A stretch of 64,000 nucleotides of DNA from an uncultured Gemmatimonadales bacterium (GCA_963783305.1 CAWAMW010000002.1:891209-955208), one strand, 5' to 3'. Positions 1 through 9,757 are shown, counted from the stretch's first letter. Program-made: numbers and translations. Notes: generated by a model from the sequence alone, not told the origin.

Positions 1-1
1 C

Positions 2-1270
2 GCCGAAATGGTCGCCGATGCGCGAGAGGGGGATGTCCAGGAGATCGCGCATGAGGTACATGGCGACCTGTCGCGGGACGGTGACTTCCTTCGTGCGTCG
101 ACGGGACGTCAGCGCGTCCACGGACACGCCGTACTCCGTGGCGACGCGCTGTCGGATCGCGTCCGGGGTCCGCTCCGCGCCGGGAGCGAGCACCCCGCCC
201 AGCGCCTCTCGGGCCAGGTCGATGGTGATGTCACGCTGCGTCAGCGACGAGTAGGCCAGGAGCTTGATGACGGCGCCCTCCAGCTCTCGTACGTTCGAGC
301 GGCAGTTGCGCGCGATGTACTCGAGCACCTCGTCCGGTATGACGATGTCCCCCTCTTCGGCCTTGGTACGGAGGATGGCCACCCGGGTCTCGAGGTCCGG
401 GCTCCGGATATCGGTCACGAGCCCCCACTCGAATCGCGATACCAGCCGCTCCTCCAGCCCGGGGATCTCCTTTGGCGGACGGTCGCTCGTCACCACGATC
501 TGCCGCTGCGCCTCGTACAGCGCGTTGAACGTATGGAAGAACTCCTCCTGCGTACGCTCCTTCTCGCCGAGGAAGTGCACGTCGTCGATCAGGAGCAGGT
601 CGATCTCGCGGTAGCGCCGCCGGAACTCCGACATGCGTCCTTCCTGGATCGATGCGATGAGGTCGTTCGTGAACCACTCGCTCGACACGTAGGCCACTCG
701 CCGGTTCGGGTGCCGCTCCTTCAGGACGTGACCGATGGCGTGCATGAGGTGCGTCTTCCCCAGACCTACGCCGCCGTAGATGAAGAGGGGGTTGTACATG
801 CGCGCGGGTGCGTCGGCTACGGCACGGGCGGCCGCGGCGGAGAGCTGGTTGTTCCCGCCCACGACGAAGCGCTCGAACGTGTAGCGCTCGTTGAGCGGCG
901 CTCCCACCGTCTCGGGCGCGGGTACGTGTGCGGCGCCCGAGCCACGCGCGGATCCCTCCTCGCGGCCGAACTGCTGCTGGGGAGGGGGCGTCAGGGTGGA
1001 TGGCCCTCGGTCCTCGCCGTCGGAATGGTGCTGGAAGGAGATCGTCAGACGTCGCCCGAGGACCTGCTCCGCCATGTCCGCCAGCATCCGGCCGTACTTG
1101 TCCTCGATCCATTCCGCGGCAAACTCGCTGCCCGCACCGACCGCCAGAAGCTCCTGCGACAGAGCCAGGGGCTCCGTCTCGGCGAGCCAGATGCGGTAGG
1201 TGGGTTCGGGCAGCTTTTCCCGCGCTTTCTCGAGAATGCGGGACCAGGCCTCGGAAGCGGTGAGCTCCAT
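2..1270 (-). CDS. dnaA: Chromosomal replication initiator DnaA (3' end runs off the window)
   Basis: Minus-strand frame from ATG at 1270 reads MELTASEAWSRILEK...LNERYTFERFVVGGNNQL...YNPLFIYGGVGLGKTHLMHAIG...DLLLIDDVHFL. This has the DnaA AAA+ Walker A/B motifs and is divergent from rpmH. Not in the supplied ORF track because it is open at the window edge. Confidence 0.97.
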   Translation of the reverse strand, partial: MELTASEAWSRILEKAREKLPEPTYRIWLAETEPLALSQELLAVGAGSEFAAEWIEDKYGRMLADMAEQVLGRRLTISFQHHSDGEDRGPSTLTPPPQQQFGREEGSARGSGAAHVPAPETVGAPLNERYTFERFVVGGNNQLSAAAARAVADAPARMYNPLFIYGGVGLGKTHLMHAIGHVLKERHPNRRVAYVSSEWFTNDLIASIQEGRMSEFRRRYREIDLLLIDDVHFLGEKERTQEEFFHTFNALYEAQRQIVVTSDRPPKEIPGLEERLVSRFEWGLVTDIRSPDLETRVAILRTKAEEGDIVIPDEVLEYIARNCRSNVRELEGAVIKLLAYSSLTQRDITIDLAREALGGVLAPGAERTPDAIRQRVATEYGVSVDALTSRRRTKEVTVPRQVAMYLMRDLLDIPLSRIGDHFG

Positions 1271-1404
1271 TGCGTCGGCTGTGAGGAAAGAGCGGGCAGG
1301 ATCGAGTGCCGAGCGGACCAAGCTAACCGCCGGCTCCCGGATGCGTCAACGTACGCAGGCCGCCGGCCGGCGCGCGCTCCGCGGGTGCGGACCGGCCCAC
1401 GGGC

Positions 1405-1433
1405 TTGACCCTGAACCGAAGGCCAATTACACT
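1405..1433 (+). promoter_or_regulatory. Putative sigma70 promoter of the rpmH operon
   Basis: TTGACC-17 bp-TACACT, 40 bp upstream of the rpmH ATG. Confidence 0.6.
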
Positions 1434-1473
1434 CCAAATCTTTGCAAATCCTGATTGAGAACGGGGCACGATC

Positions 1474-1626
1474 ATGGGCAAGCCCACATACAACCCGCGG
1501 AACCGCAAGCGGGCCAACAAGCACGGCTTCCGCAAGCGGATGGCGACCAAGGGTGGACGGAAGACGCTGAACCGGCGACGGCAGAAGGGTCGCAAGCGCC
1601 TGGCCGTCCGCGTCAGCTCGAAGTAG
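1474..1626 (+). CDS. rpmH: 50S ribosomal protein L34
   Basis: [43 protein letters not shown]; HGFRxRM motif; canonical position. Confidence 0.97.
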   Translation: MGKPTYNPRNRKRANKHGFRKRMATKGGRKTLNRRRQKGRKRLAVRVSSK

Positions 1627-1637
1627 CTGGATCCCCG

Positions 1638-2021
1638 GTGACGGGCGCGCGCGAGCCGCGCGGCCGTGGCTTTCCGCGCGAGAAGAGGATCACGCGCGGG
1701 TCCGAGATCCGGGCGCTCTTCAAACGGGGGAAACGGAGCAGAACGCCGCACCTGGACGTTCTACTCTCCGGTTCCCCCGCTTCGTTTTCGAGGGTTGGCG
1801 TGGTCGTGCCGCGGCATGGCAACAGCGCCGTGCGGAGGAACCGTGTGAAACGGCGATTGAAGGAGGCGCTCCGGCGGGAGATCCTGCCGCGCCTGGAGGC
1901 GGCGGGGGTGAACGTCGACATCATCGTTCGAGCTCGCAGGGAAGCCTACGACACATCCTACGCACGTCTGTCGAAGGAGCTCGTCCACTGGGTGGACGCC
2001 CGATGGCCCGCCTCCTCCTGA
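1638..2021 (+). CDS. rnpA: Ribonuclease P protein component
   Basis: [25 protein letters not shown] (RNR motif); follows rpmH; GTG start inferred. Confidence 0.92.
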   Translation: MTGAREPRGRGFPREKRITRGSEIRALFKRGKRSRTPHLDVLLSGSPASFSRVGVVVPRHGNSAVRRNRVKRRLKEALRREILPRLEAAGVNVDIIVRARREAYDTSYARLSKELVHWVDARWPASS

Positions 2022-2254
2022 GCGTCATCCGGTTCTATCGACGTGCGATCTCGCCGTCGCTGCCTCCGTCGTGTCGCTTCACGCCGACATGCTCCGCGTA
2101 TGCGGAAGAGGCCGTGCGGCGACACGGCGCCCGCAGCGGCGGCTGGCTCGCTCTCAGAAGGATTCTCCGCTGCCACCCCTTCGGTGGGAGCGGTTACGAC
2201 CCTGTCCCCGGTACGGACTTGGAAGATTCACACGATGACACGGTGGGCCGCTGA
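2003..2254 (+). CDS. yidD: Membrane protein insertion efficiency factor YidD
   Basis: [19 protein letters not shown]...[17 protein letters not shown]. Confidence 0.95.
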   Translation: MARLLLSVIRFYRRAISPSLPPSCRFTPTCSAYAEEAVRRHGARSGGWLALRRILRCHPFGGSGYDPVPGTDLEDSHDDTVGR

Positions 2255-4023
2255 TGGAAGGCGCTAGATTCTTAATCGCGATCGTTCTCTCGATCGCCGT
2301 CGTCATGATCGTCAATATCGCGTTCCCTCCCACCACGCCGTCCGTCGCAGGCGGTGCGGACTCCGTCCTGATCGACACCGTCTCCGCAGTGGTCGCGGAC
2401 TCAGCGCCCGCTGCCGATTCGCTCCGCCGCGAGCCGTCGGCGCTGGAGGAGCTCGCACAACGGCCGACTCAGGCGCCCGCCGCCGCGCCGGCCGCCGCTG
2501 TCGGGAGCGCACCCGACACCTTCTGGGTCCAGACCGATGTGGCCCGGTACGGCATCTCGTCCCGCGGCGCCGCCATCGTGGCCGTGGAGCTCCTCGAGTT
2601 CGAGTCGCACACAACGCCCGGACCGGTGCAGCTCGCCGAGCCGGCCGACTCGGCGATCCTCTCCTACGGGCTGCGCATCGGCGACCGCGTCCTGCCGTTC
2701 TCCGCCCTCGCCTTCCAGGCGCCGTTCGCCGCCGGCGACACCCTCCGCGTCTCCGGCCCCGACGCCGTGGTGCGGTTCGAGGCCGACGTGAATGGCGGTC
2801 GCGTCGAGATGGCGTACACCTTCACTCCGGAGAACTACCTGCTCCAGCTCTCAGGCTCGGTCGAGGGGATCGGGGAGAACGCCACTCTGCTCCTGGACCT
2901 CGGGCCACGCCTGGCCGTCAACGAGGCCGACTCCGCCGAGGACCTCCGCGCCCTCGCGTACGTGGTCAACGCCCGCCAGCGAGGGATCGAGAGCGTCCGC
3001 ATCGAGGACATCGAAGAGCGCCGGGTCGAGGAGGGGCCGCTCTCGTGGGTGGCCATCAAGAACAAGTACTTCCTCGCCGCCGCCATTGAATGGGAGGAGG
3101 GCACTGGCGCCTTCGGCGGCCTGATCGCTGAGGGCGGTTCAGGCGGCGCCAGCACCGTGATCGCGACCCTCCCGCTCGACCGGGACGGCCGGTACAACCT
3201 ACGGCTTTTCTTCGGGCCGCAGGAGTATGGGCGCCTTGCGGCCGTCGGGGATGGTCTCAAGGACGTGAACCCGTACGGCTGGCGCATTTTGCGGCCGATC
3301 ATCCGCCCGGTGGCCGACATCATTACCTGGATCCTGACGGCGGTCCACGGGGCGGTTGGGCTCAGCTATGGCTGGGTGTTGATGCTGTTCGGCATCGCCA
3401 TGAGAGGAATCCTGTGGCCCCTGAATGCCAAGGCGATGCGGTCCCAGCTCAAGACGATGGAGCTGCAGCCGCGGATCAAGGAGATCCAGGAGAAGTACAA
3501 GGAGAAGCCCGAGCAGCTGCAGAAGGAGATGATGCGGCTGTACAAGGAGGAGGGTTTCAATCCTCTGGGGGGCTGTCTTCCGATGCTCATCCCCTGGCCG
3601 GTCCTGATCACGCTCTTCTTCGTCTTCCAGAACACCATCGAATTTCGGGGCGTCGAGTTCCTCTGGCTGCCGGACCTTTCGGGGCCGGACCCCTACTACA
3701 TCCTCCCGATCGTGCTCGGGCTCTCCATGTTCGCCCTCCAGTTCCTGAACATGCGGGCGACTGGGTCGGACAACCCGCAGCAGAAGATGCTCATGTACTT
3801 CATGCCGGTCATGATGACCGTGATCTTCCTCAACTTCGCTTCGGGCCTCAACCTGTACTACGCGGCATCCAACGTCGCGTCACTGCCGCAGCAGCTTCAG
3901 ATCATAGGGGAGCGCAAGAAGGCCAAGGCACGGATCGAGGCGAAACAGGTGGACGCGGGCGACGCGACGAAGGGCTCCGAGGGCGGCAGCAAAGGTAAAG
4001 GCCGGAGGCCCGGAAAGCGCTGA
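2254..4023 (+). CDS. yidC: Membrane protein insertase YidC
   Basis: N-terminal TM, periplasmic domain, ELQPRIKEIQEKYK...NPLGGCLP, FLWLPDLS, ASGLNLYY; canonical operon. Confidence 0.96.
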   Translation: MEGARFLIAIVLSIAVVMIVNIAFPPTTPSVAGGADSVLIDTVSAVVADSAPAADSLRREPSALEELAQRPTQAPAAAPAAAVGSAPDTFWVQTDVARYGISSRGAAIVAVELLEFESHTTPGPVQLAEPADSAILSYGLRIGDRVLPFSALAFQAPFAAGDTLRVSGPDAVVRFEADVNGGRVEMAYTFTPENYLLQLSGSVEGIGENATLLLDLGPRLAVNEADSAEDLRALAYVVNARQRGIESVRIEDIEERRVEEGPLSWVAIKNKYFLAAAIEWEEGTGAFGGLIAEGGSGGASTVIATLPLDRDGRYNLRLFFGPQEYGRLAAVGDGLKDVNPYGWRILRPIIRPVADIITWILTAVHGAVGLSYGWVLMLFGIAMRGILWPLNAKAMRSQLKTMELQPRIKEIQEKYKEKPEQLQKEMMRLYKEEGFNPLGGCLPMLIPWPVLITLFFVFQNTIEFRGVEFLWLPDLSGPDPYYILPIVLGLSMFALQFLNMRATGSDNPQQKMLMYFMPVMMTVIFLNFASGLNLYYAASNVASLPQQLQIIGERKKAKARIEAKQVDAGDATKGSEGGSKGKGRRPGKR

Positions 4024-4031
4024 GCCTCCGG

Positions 4032-4307
4032 TCACCGGATGATCTCGAACCCGGCGGGGAGCGTGTCCTCGCCGGGTTCTTCTTCTTTCACCTGCTCCAC
4101 GCGGGCGGCGCCGGGGCCCGAGGCGAGCTGGTCGCGAAAGGCCTCGATCGTCTTCCGGTCTCCCTCCACGACGATCCGCACGGATCCATCCTCGGCGTTG
4201 CGGACCGTGCCGCGTAACCCGTTGGCGGCAGCGGTTTTACGAGTCCACCAACGGAACCCCACTCCCTGTACCGTGCCGGTGATCCGGTACGCCCTTCGCT
4301 CCGTCAT
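4032..4307 (-). CDS. acyP: Acylphosphatase
   Basis: ITGTVQGVGFRWWT...GTVRNAEDGSV motif; ATG at 4307 overlaps the stop of the upstream gene. Confidence 0.9.
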   Translation of the reverse strand: MTERRAYRITGTVQGVGFRWWTRKTAAANGLRGTVRNAEDGSVRIVVEGDRKTIEAFRDQLASGPGAARVEQVKEEEPGEDTLPAGFEIIR

Positions 4308-6022
4308 TCGGGTCTCCCACCCGTGGTACTCAGGGTCCGAATCCGGTTCAGGAAGGCCGCGAGCTCGAAGGGTCGGAACGCGGCCAGCTCGCCGATGCCG
4401 TACGGGTGGACCGCTGCGAGCCCCTGCCGCTCGATTTCCGCCATGACACGGTGGATCGCTTCCCCCATGTCCGAAGCCCCGTCCAACAGCTCTCCACACG
4501 CCCACGCTACCGCGTACGCCATGGCTCGGGTCTGCGCCGTCTCGACGATCTGCTCGACCGCGCCCAGCTCCACCGTAGTGGTGCCCAATTCGACCCGGTC
4601 GCGCGCCCGCACCCGTACCGCCAGCGCCTTTCGGCCGCGCCGGGTATCGATGCTGGAGGGGTCCGGGGTGCGGCGCCGCAGGGGCCTCCAGGCGCCCCCT
4701 TCGGCCACCCGCTCGGTGGGGAGCGCGTCCGCGGCCGCCCGCGCCGCCGTGGTGACTTCCGCCGGGACGTACTCTCTCATCGCGATCACGGTGTCGGCGA
4801 TGTCGAAATAGTCGCCGGACCCCCCGATCACAACGACCGTGGAGACGTTCTGGCGCTCGTGCAGCTGCCGCGCGCGGTCGATGAATGGAGTGATCGGCTC
4901 GTCCTCCGCTTCGATGAGGCGCTGCATGCGGGCGTCGCGGATCATGAAGTTCGTCGCGGAGGTGTCCTCATCCAGCAGGAGCGCCGTGGCGCCCACCTCC
5001 AGCGCTTCCACGATCGAGGCCGCCTGGGATGTCGATCCGCTGGCGTTCTCGGTGTGGAATGCGGTGGTATCGTCGCCCCCCGGCAGGCGACCAATGAAGT
5101 TGCTGATGTCGGTTCCCGCCACCCGGCGACCGTCCTCCGCTCTGACCTTTACGGCCGTGGGGACGGCCACGACGAACTCGCGGCCGTCCCCGGGAACATG
5201 GTCATATACCCCACGCTCGATGGCACGCAGCAGCGTCGACTTGCCGTGATATCCGCCCCCGACGATCAGCGTGATTCCCTGTGGCACTCCGAGGCCCCGC
5301 ACGGGCCCGGCGTTCGGCCGGTCCAGCGTCACCGTCAGCGCCTCGGGGGGGCGGAACGGGACCACACCGGCCTGGAGCGGCCGATCGTCGATTCCGCTCC
5401 TGCGCGGCAGGCTCGCCCCGTCGGCTACGAACGCCACGAGACCCCGGTCCTCCAGTTGGTCCCGCAGGGCGTGGGCGTCCTCGACCGTCTCCACGTGGCG
5501 GCGCAGCGCTTCCCCGTCGAGCGCCTCGTACAGGAGCGCCGATCGCACCGCCTCGACTACCGCGGTGCCCACGAGCCGGGAGGCGGCAGAGCCGGCGATT
5601 CGGCGTCCCCGCGCCGGTAGGCCCACACGGAACCGCGCCGTGACCTCCCCCCCGGCGGATATGCCGAGCGCCGAACGCTCGAGCACCTCCTGTCCCGGTC
5701 GGAGCACTCGCAGCGCCCCGGAGTTCCCGGACCCGCCGTCCGCGGAACGGCTGGCGAGGGCGTCGTAGAGGGCCCGATTCAGGAAGTCGGCGGTCGCGAT
5801 CCGCCGGGTGCGCGTGGCGTGCGCCCAGCCAGGGAACCCCGCGCTTTCCGCGGGCACCCCCGCACTGACGCGGCTCGGCTCCGCGTAGGGGTCACCCTGC
5901 ACGTGCTCCACCACGAGGCGGAAGCCCGGCGCGGCATATTCTCCGGAGATCCTCTTATACGCCTTGTACCCCTGCCCGTCCAACGATTCGAGCCGCTCCG
6001 CCAGGTGGCCGATGTCCTCCAT
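4304..6022 (-). CDS. ABC-class ATPase domain protein of unknown function
   Basis: Walker A IVGGGYHGKSTLL, ASGSTSQAA, LLLDEDTSATNFMIRD motifs typical of the 'predicted ATPase of the ABC class' family. Confidence 0.85.
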   Translation of the reverse strand: MEDIGHLAERLESLDGQGYKAYKRISGEYAAPGFRLVVEHVQGDPYAEPSRVSAGVPAESAGFPGWAHATRTRRIATADFLNRALYDALASRSADGGSGNSGALRVLRPGQEVLERSALGISAGGEVTARFRVGLPARGRRIAGSAASRLVGTAVVEAVRSALLYEALDGEALRRHVETVEDAHALRDQLEDRGLVAFVADGASLPRRSGIDDRPLQAGVVPFRPPEALTVTLDRPNAGPVRGLGVPQGITLIVGGGYHGKSTLLRAIERGVYDHVPGDGREFVVAVPTAVKVRAEDGRRVAGTDISNFIGRLPGGDDTTAFHTENASGSTSQAASIVEALEVGATALLLDEDTSATNFMIRDARMQRLIEAEDEPITPFIDRARQLHERQNVSTVVVIGGSGDYFDIADTVIAMREYVPAEVTTAARAAADALPTERVAEGGAWRPLRRRTPDPSSIDTRRGRKALAVRVRARDRVELGTTTVELGAVEQIVETAQTRAMAYAVAWACGELLDGASDMGEAIHRVMAEIERQGLAAVHPYGIGELAAFRPFELAAFLNRIRTLSTTGGRPE

Positions 6023-6030
6023 GTCGCTCC

Positions 6031-6046
6031 TGTTTCACGTGAAACA
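6031..6046. promoter_or_regulatory. parS: parS centromere site 1
   Basis: Perfect palindrome TGTTTCACGTGAAACA matching the bacterial parS consensus, near parAB. Confidence 0.95.
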
Positions 6047-6360
6047 TTCTCGCCCTACCGCCTCCTTCACGGCGCTTCCGACGCCGCAAAGTGCGGACCG
6101 CCCCCTGGGCCGGGCGGCAGGCCCGGACGGTTCGGCGGAGGAAGGTCCTTGAATCCGGCGGCAATGAAGCCGCCCCCGGGCAACCCCGGGCCGAGGCAGG
6201 GAGGGCAGCCATGGAATCGAAGCCGTCCATAGCCGACCGCGGCCCGTAGCCGGCCGTGGCCAACCGCAACTGACCCCAGCCGACCCGAACCGAACCTAAG
6301 GTGACCGCACCCGACCGCGCGCCCGTCCGACCGCAGCGGCCGCACCGACCGAATCGTCCG

Positions 6361-6510
6361 AGACCGTACGAGACCGTACGAGACCGTACGAGACCGTACG
6401 AGACCGTACGAGACCGTACGAGACCGTCCGAGACCGTCCGAGACCGTCCGAGACCGTCCGAGACCGTCCGAGACCGTCCGAGACCGTCCGAGACCGTCCG
6501 AGACCGTCCG
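6361..6510. repeat. 10-bp tandem repeat AGACCGT(A/C)CG x15
   Basis: 6 copies of AGACCGTACG followed by 9 copies of AGACCGTCCG, uninterrupted. Confidence 0.97.
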
Positions 6511-6511
6511 A

Positions 6512-6570
6512 GCCGCCGAAGCCGCCGGAAGCCGCCTGAAGCCGCCGGAAGCCGCCGGAAGCCGCCGGAA
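6512..6570. repeat. 10-bp tandem repeat GCCGCCGGAA x~6
   Basis: One 9-nt copy plus five 10-nt copies (one variant GCCGCCTGAA) directly after the first array. Confidence 0.92.
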
Positions 6571-6631
6571 ACCCTCGGAATCTGTCCGCAAACCGCCCCA
6601 GGGCGAGCGAACCGGCCCGCCGATCGAGGAC

Positions 6632-6647
6632 TGTTTCACGTGAAACA
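6632..6647. promoter_or_regulatory. parS: parS centromere site 2
   Basis: Second perfect TGTTTCACGTGAAACA, 90 bp upstream of parA. Confidence 0.95.
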
Positions 6648-6737
6648 CCTCATTCACGGCCCCCGGAGGTTTCCCGTATCCGGCGGCGGCCGTATATTCA
6701 GGCCTTCGCTGTTCCGCGCACCTGAACCCCTGTATGC

Positions 6738-7550
6738 ATGTCTCGGGTCATCGCCATCGCAAACCAGAAGGGTGGCGTCGGGAAGACGACCACCGCCATC
6801 AACCTGGGCGCCTGTCTCGCCGTCGCCGAGAAGCGCACGCTCATCATCGATATCGACCCCCAGGGGAACGCCACGAGCGGCCTGGGGATCAATCGGGGTG
6901 AGGTGGAGCACTCCACCTACGATATCCTGGTGGAAGGGGCGTCCGTGGAGGCGTGCGCGCGCTCGGAAGTTCACTTCCCGTACCTCGATGCTGTGCCCTC
7001 GACGCGAGATCTGGTGGGGGCGGAGGTCGAGCTCGTGAACCAGCCGGAGCGGGAGCTGGTGCTGAGGCGCGCGCTCGCGGAGGTGCGCGAGCGGTACGAC
7101 TACGTGCTCATCGATTGTCCGCCTTCGCTGGGGCTCCTGACCCTGAACACCATGGCCGCCTCGGACTCGGTGCTGATCCCGATCCAGTGCGAGTTCTACG
7201 CCCTCGAGGGCCTGAGTCAGCTCCTGAACACGGTGCGGCTTGTCCAGCGTAACCTCAACCCGCACTTGGAGATAGACGGGGTCCTCCTGACCATGTTCGA
7301 CCAGCGGCTGAACCTTTCACGCCAGGTCGCGGACGAGGCCAAGGAGTACTTCGGGGACCGGGTATACCAGACCGTGATCCCGCGCAACGTGCGTCTCGCG
7401 GAGGCGCCGAGCTTCGGCAAGCCGATCGTGCTGTACGACATCCTGTCGGCGGGGGCGCAGGCCTATCTGGGGCTGGCGCGCGAGATCATGAAGCGGGACG
7501 ACCGTCGAGCGGGCTCCGGCTCGTCGAAATCGGTCGTCGCCGGGTCCTGA
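6738..7550 (+). CDS. parA: Chromosome partitioning ATPase ParA/Soj
   Basis: [13 protein letters not shown] deviant Walker [36 protein letters not shown]. Confidence 0.97.
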   Translation: MSRVIAIANQKGGVGKTTTAINLGACLAVAEKRTLIIDIDPQGNATSGLGINRGEVEHSTYDILVEGASVEACARSEVHFPYLDAVPSTRDLVGAEVELVNQPERELVLRRALAEVRERYDYVLIDCPPSLGLLTLNTMAASDSVLIPIQCEFYALEGLSQLLNTVRLVQRNLNPHLEIDGVLLTMFDQRLNLSRQVADEAKEYFGDRVYQTVIPRNVRLAEAPSFGKPIVLYDILSAGAQAYLGLAREIMKRDDRRAGSGSSKSVVAGS

Positions 7551-7558
7551 CGGCGCGA

Positions 7559-8455
7559 ATGGCTAAGAAGGAGCGACTCGGGAAGGGCCTAGGCGCGCTG
7601 CTGGGCGAGTACCTCGGTGACGAAGCGGTGGGAATGGAGGCCCGGACCCTTCCGGTCAGCTCCGTGCATCCCAATCCCTTCCAGCCCCGGCGAGAGTTCA
7701 GTGAAGAGGAGCTCGCGGACCTCGTGCGCTCCATCGACGAGAACGGGCTCCTCCAGCCCATTGTGGTGCGGCCCGCCGGGAACCGTCGGAGCTCGGACCG
7801 CTGGGAGCTGGTGGCGGGGGAGCGTCGCTGGCGTGCGGTCACGCGGCTGGGGTGGAAGGATATCCCGGCGGTAATCCGTGACGTCGACGATCGGACGCTG
7901 CTGGTCCTGGCCCTGGTGGAAAACCTGCAGCGGGCCGGTCTCAACGCGCTCGAAGAGGCGGAGGGCTATCAGCAGCTGCAGGACGAGTTCGGGCTGTCGC
8001 AGCAGCAGGTGGCCGAGGCGGTCGGCAAGGATCGGTCGACGGTCGCTAACATGTTGCGGCTCTTGCAGTTACCAGCATCTGTACGCCGGCTCGTTGACTC
8101 GGGCGAGCTCAGCGCCGGCCACGCACGGGCGCTTCTCGGGCTTCCCGACGAGCGGCGGATGCGCGCGGTGGCGGAGCTGGCGGTGGCCGAGGGCTGGTCG
8201 GTCCGGGAGATGGAGTCCCGGGTCCGGGACGACCGGCCGGCGAAGCGGACGCGCCGGCGGAAGTCGCGCGCGGCCGACCCGGCGCAGAAGGAGCTGGAGA
8301 CGGAGCTTCAGCGGCTGCTCGGCACCGAGGTGAAGATCCGCCAGACGAAAAAGGGGTCGAAGGGGACGATCGAGATATCCTTTTATGACCCGGAAGACTT
8401 CGAGCGGGTCTTCGAGCTGCTGGCCGGCCGGCCGGCGGTGGAGGTGGTGTCGTAA
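7559..8455 (+). CDS. parB: Chromosome partitioning protein ParB/Spo0J
   Basis: LGKGLGALL N-terminus, NPFQPR, LVAGERRWRA, ENLQR, HTH, GHARALL. Confidence 0.97.
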   Translation: MAKKERLGKGLGALLGEYLGDEAVGMEARTLPVSSVHPNPFQPRREFSEEELADLVRSIDENGLLQPIVVRPAGNRRSSDRWELVAGERRWRAVTRLGWKDIPAVIRDVDDRTLLVLALVENLQRAGLNALEEAEGYQQLQDEFGLSQQQVAEAVGKDRSTVANMLRLLQLPASVRRLVDSGELSAGHARALLGLPDERRMRAVAELAVAEGWSVREMESRVRDDRPAKRTRRRKSRAADPAQKELETELQRLLGTEVKIRQTKKGSKGTIEISFYDPEDFERVFELLAGRPAVEVVS

Positions 8456-8458
8456 ACG

Positions 8459-9226
8459 ATGAGTGAGAAGCGGCGGCTGTCGTTCATCATTGTGCCGCAT
8501 GGCGAGCTGCGGACGCGGACCTTCGAGGTATCCTACCGCGTGCTGATGGCGCTGCTCGGTGCGGGCGGCGCGCTTCTCGCCGTCTTCGTGGTCATGATGG
8601 CATCCTGGTGGTTCGTGGCCGCGCAGGCCGCGCGGGTGCCGGGGCTCGAGGAGGAGCTGGCTCGCCTCGAGGCCGAGCGAGGGCAGGTGACGAAGCTGGC
8701 GCAGGATCTCGCGGAAGCGGAGCAGCAGTACGAGCGCGTCCGCCGTCTGCTGGGGGTGGAGGGCGCCGCCGCATCGGGTGAGATAGCGCTTCCACCGCTG
8801 CGCGGAGAGGCGGCGGCGGGCGGCCCGAGCTCCGACGGCTCGGCCGTCCCCTCATCGTGGCCCCTCACCCGCGCCGGATTCATCACGCAGATGCGGAACG
8901 TGACGGAGGGCGGGACCCATCCCGGCCTGGACATCGCGGTTCCCGCCGACACCTACATCCGGGCGAGCGGCCCCGGGATCGTGGTGGACGCGGGGGTGGA
9001 CGAGATCTATGGACGTTATATTCTTCTGGACCACGGAAACGGCCTGGAGACGATGTATGGGCACGCGTCGCGGCTATTCGTCGAGGCGGGTGACCAGGTC
9101 GAGCAGAACGAGGTGATCGCCCTGTCCGGCTCGACCGGCCGGTCGACGGCGCCTCATCTGCACTTCGAGATCCGAAAAGACGGGCAGGCGGTGGATCCGC
9201 TGACGTACGTGCGGCAGCCGTCCTGA
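8459..9226 (+). CDS. M23 family peptidoglycan endopeptidase with TM segment and coiled coil
   Basis: HPGLDI, TMYGH, STGRSTAPHLHFEIR (HxxxD/HxH motifs). Confidence 0.92.
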   Translation: MSEKRRLSFIIVPHGELRTRTFEVSYRVLMALLGAGGALLAVFVVMMASWWFVAAQAARVPGLEEELARLEAERGQVTKLAQDLAEAEQQYERVRRLLGVEGAAASGEIALPPLRGEAAAGGPSSDGSAVPSSWPLTRAGFITQMRNVTEGGTHPGLDIAVPADTYIRASGPGIVVDAGVDEIYGRYILLDHGNGLETMYGHASRLFVEAGDQVEQNEVIALSGSTGRSTAPHLHFEIRKDGQAVDPLTYVRQPS

Positions 9227-9252
9227 TAATCGAACGCATACGGCGGGATGGC

Positions 9253-9687
9253 ATGGCAAAAAATACGAACGACAACGCCCAGGCGGGACTCGAGGGCGTC
9301 ATCTCCATCATCGGGCCCGGAATGCGGGTGGTGGGCGACTGCGAAACGGAAGGCACGCTCCGGATCGAGGGGAGCGTCGAAGGCACCGTCCGCGCGGGAA
9401 AGGCGGTCGTCGTCGGAAAGGACGGCGTGGTCAATGGGGATATCGCCACTCAGGACGCTGTCGTCGGCGGCCGGGTCACCGGCTCGATCCTCGCCGAAAG
9501 CCGGCTGGAGCTCCAGGCGACCTGCGTCGTAGAGGGCCAGGTCCAGGCCCGGAGGATCAAGCTCGACGAAGGCGGAAAAGTGAACGGCACCCTGCAGGTC
9601 GGGGACGTCTCGGCCAGCGAGATGAAGCCGCACGCCCTGCGGGGCCCGGTCGAGGTGAAGGAGCAGCAGGCAGCGAGTGAGCACTGA
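9253..9687 (+). CDS. Bactofilin (polymer-forming cytoskeletal protein)
   Basis: SIIGPGMRVVGDCETEGTLRIEGSVEGTV...VVGGRVTGSI beta-helix pattern; adjacent to an M23 gene. Confidence 0.9.
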   Translation: MAKNTNDNAQAGLEGVISIIGPGMRVVGDCETEGTLRIEGSVEGTVRAGKAVVVGKDGVVNGDIATQDAVVGGRVTGSILAESRLELQATCVVEGQVQARRIKLDEGGKVNGTLQVGDVSASEMKPHALRGPVEVKEQQAASEH

Positions 9688-9717
9688 GGCGGGCACACCA
9701 CCTCATGGCGCCGCGCC

Positions 9718-9757
9718 GGCCCCGGTTCCCGAACGGAGCCGGGGTCGCTCCTTTTCC
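9718..9757 (+). terminator. Putative terminator hairpin after bactofilin
   Basis: GGCCCCGGTTCC-cgaac-GGAGCCGGGGTC stem followed by a pyrimidine run. Confidence 0.55.

Noticed and set aside
8..1408. 466-aa plus-strand ORF
   Set aside because: Antisense shadow of dnaA; no recognisable motifs
1271..1473. oriC in the dnaA-rpmH intergenic region
   Set aside because: No perfect DnaA box and no extended AT-rich tract seen; only a weak TGTGAGGAA
6361..6570. CRISPR array, or synthetic construct (each unit junction contains GAGACC, a BsaI site)
   Set aside because: No spacers, the unit is only 10 bp, there are no cas genes, and the flanks degenerate gradually as natural slippage repeats do
6067..7038. 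ORFs translating the tandem repeats (SRTVSDGLG / RDRPRPSETV)
   Set aside because: Low-complexity products of a 10-bp repeat in stop-poor GC-rich DNA; they overlap parS and parA
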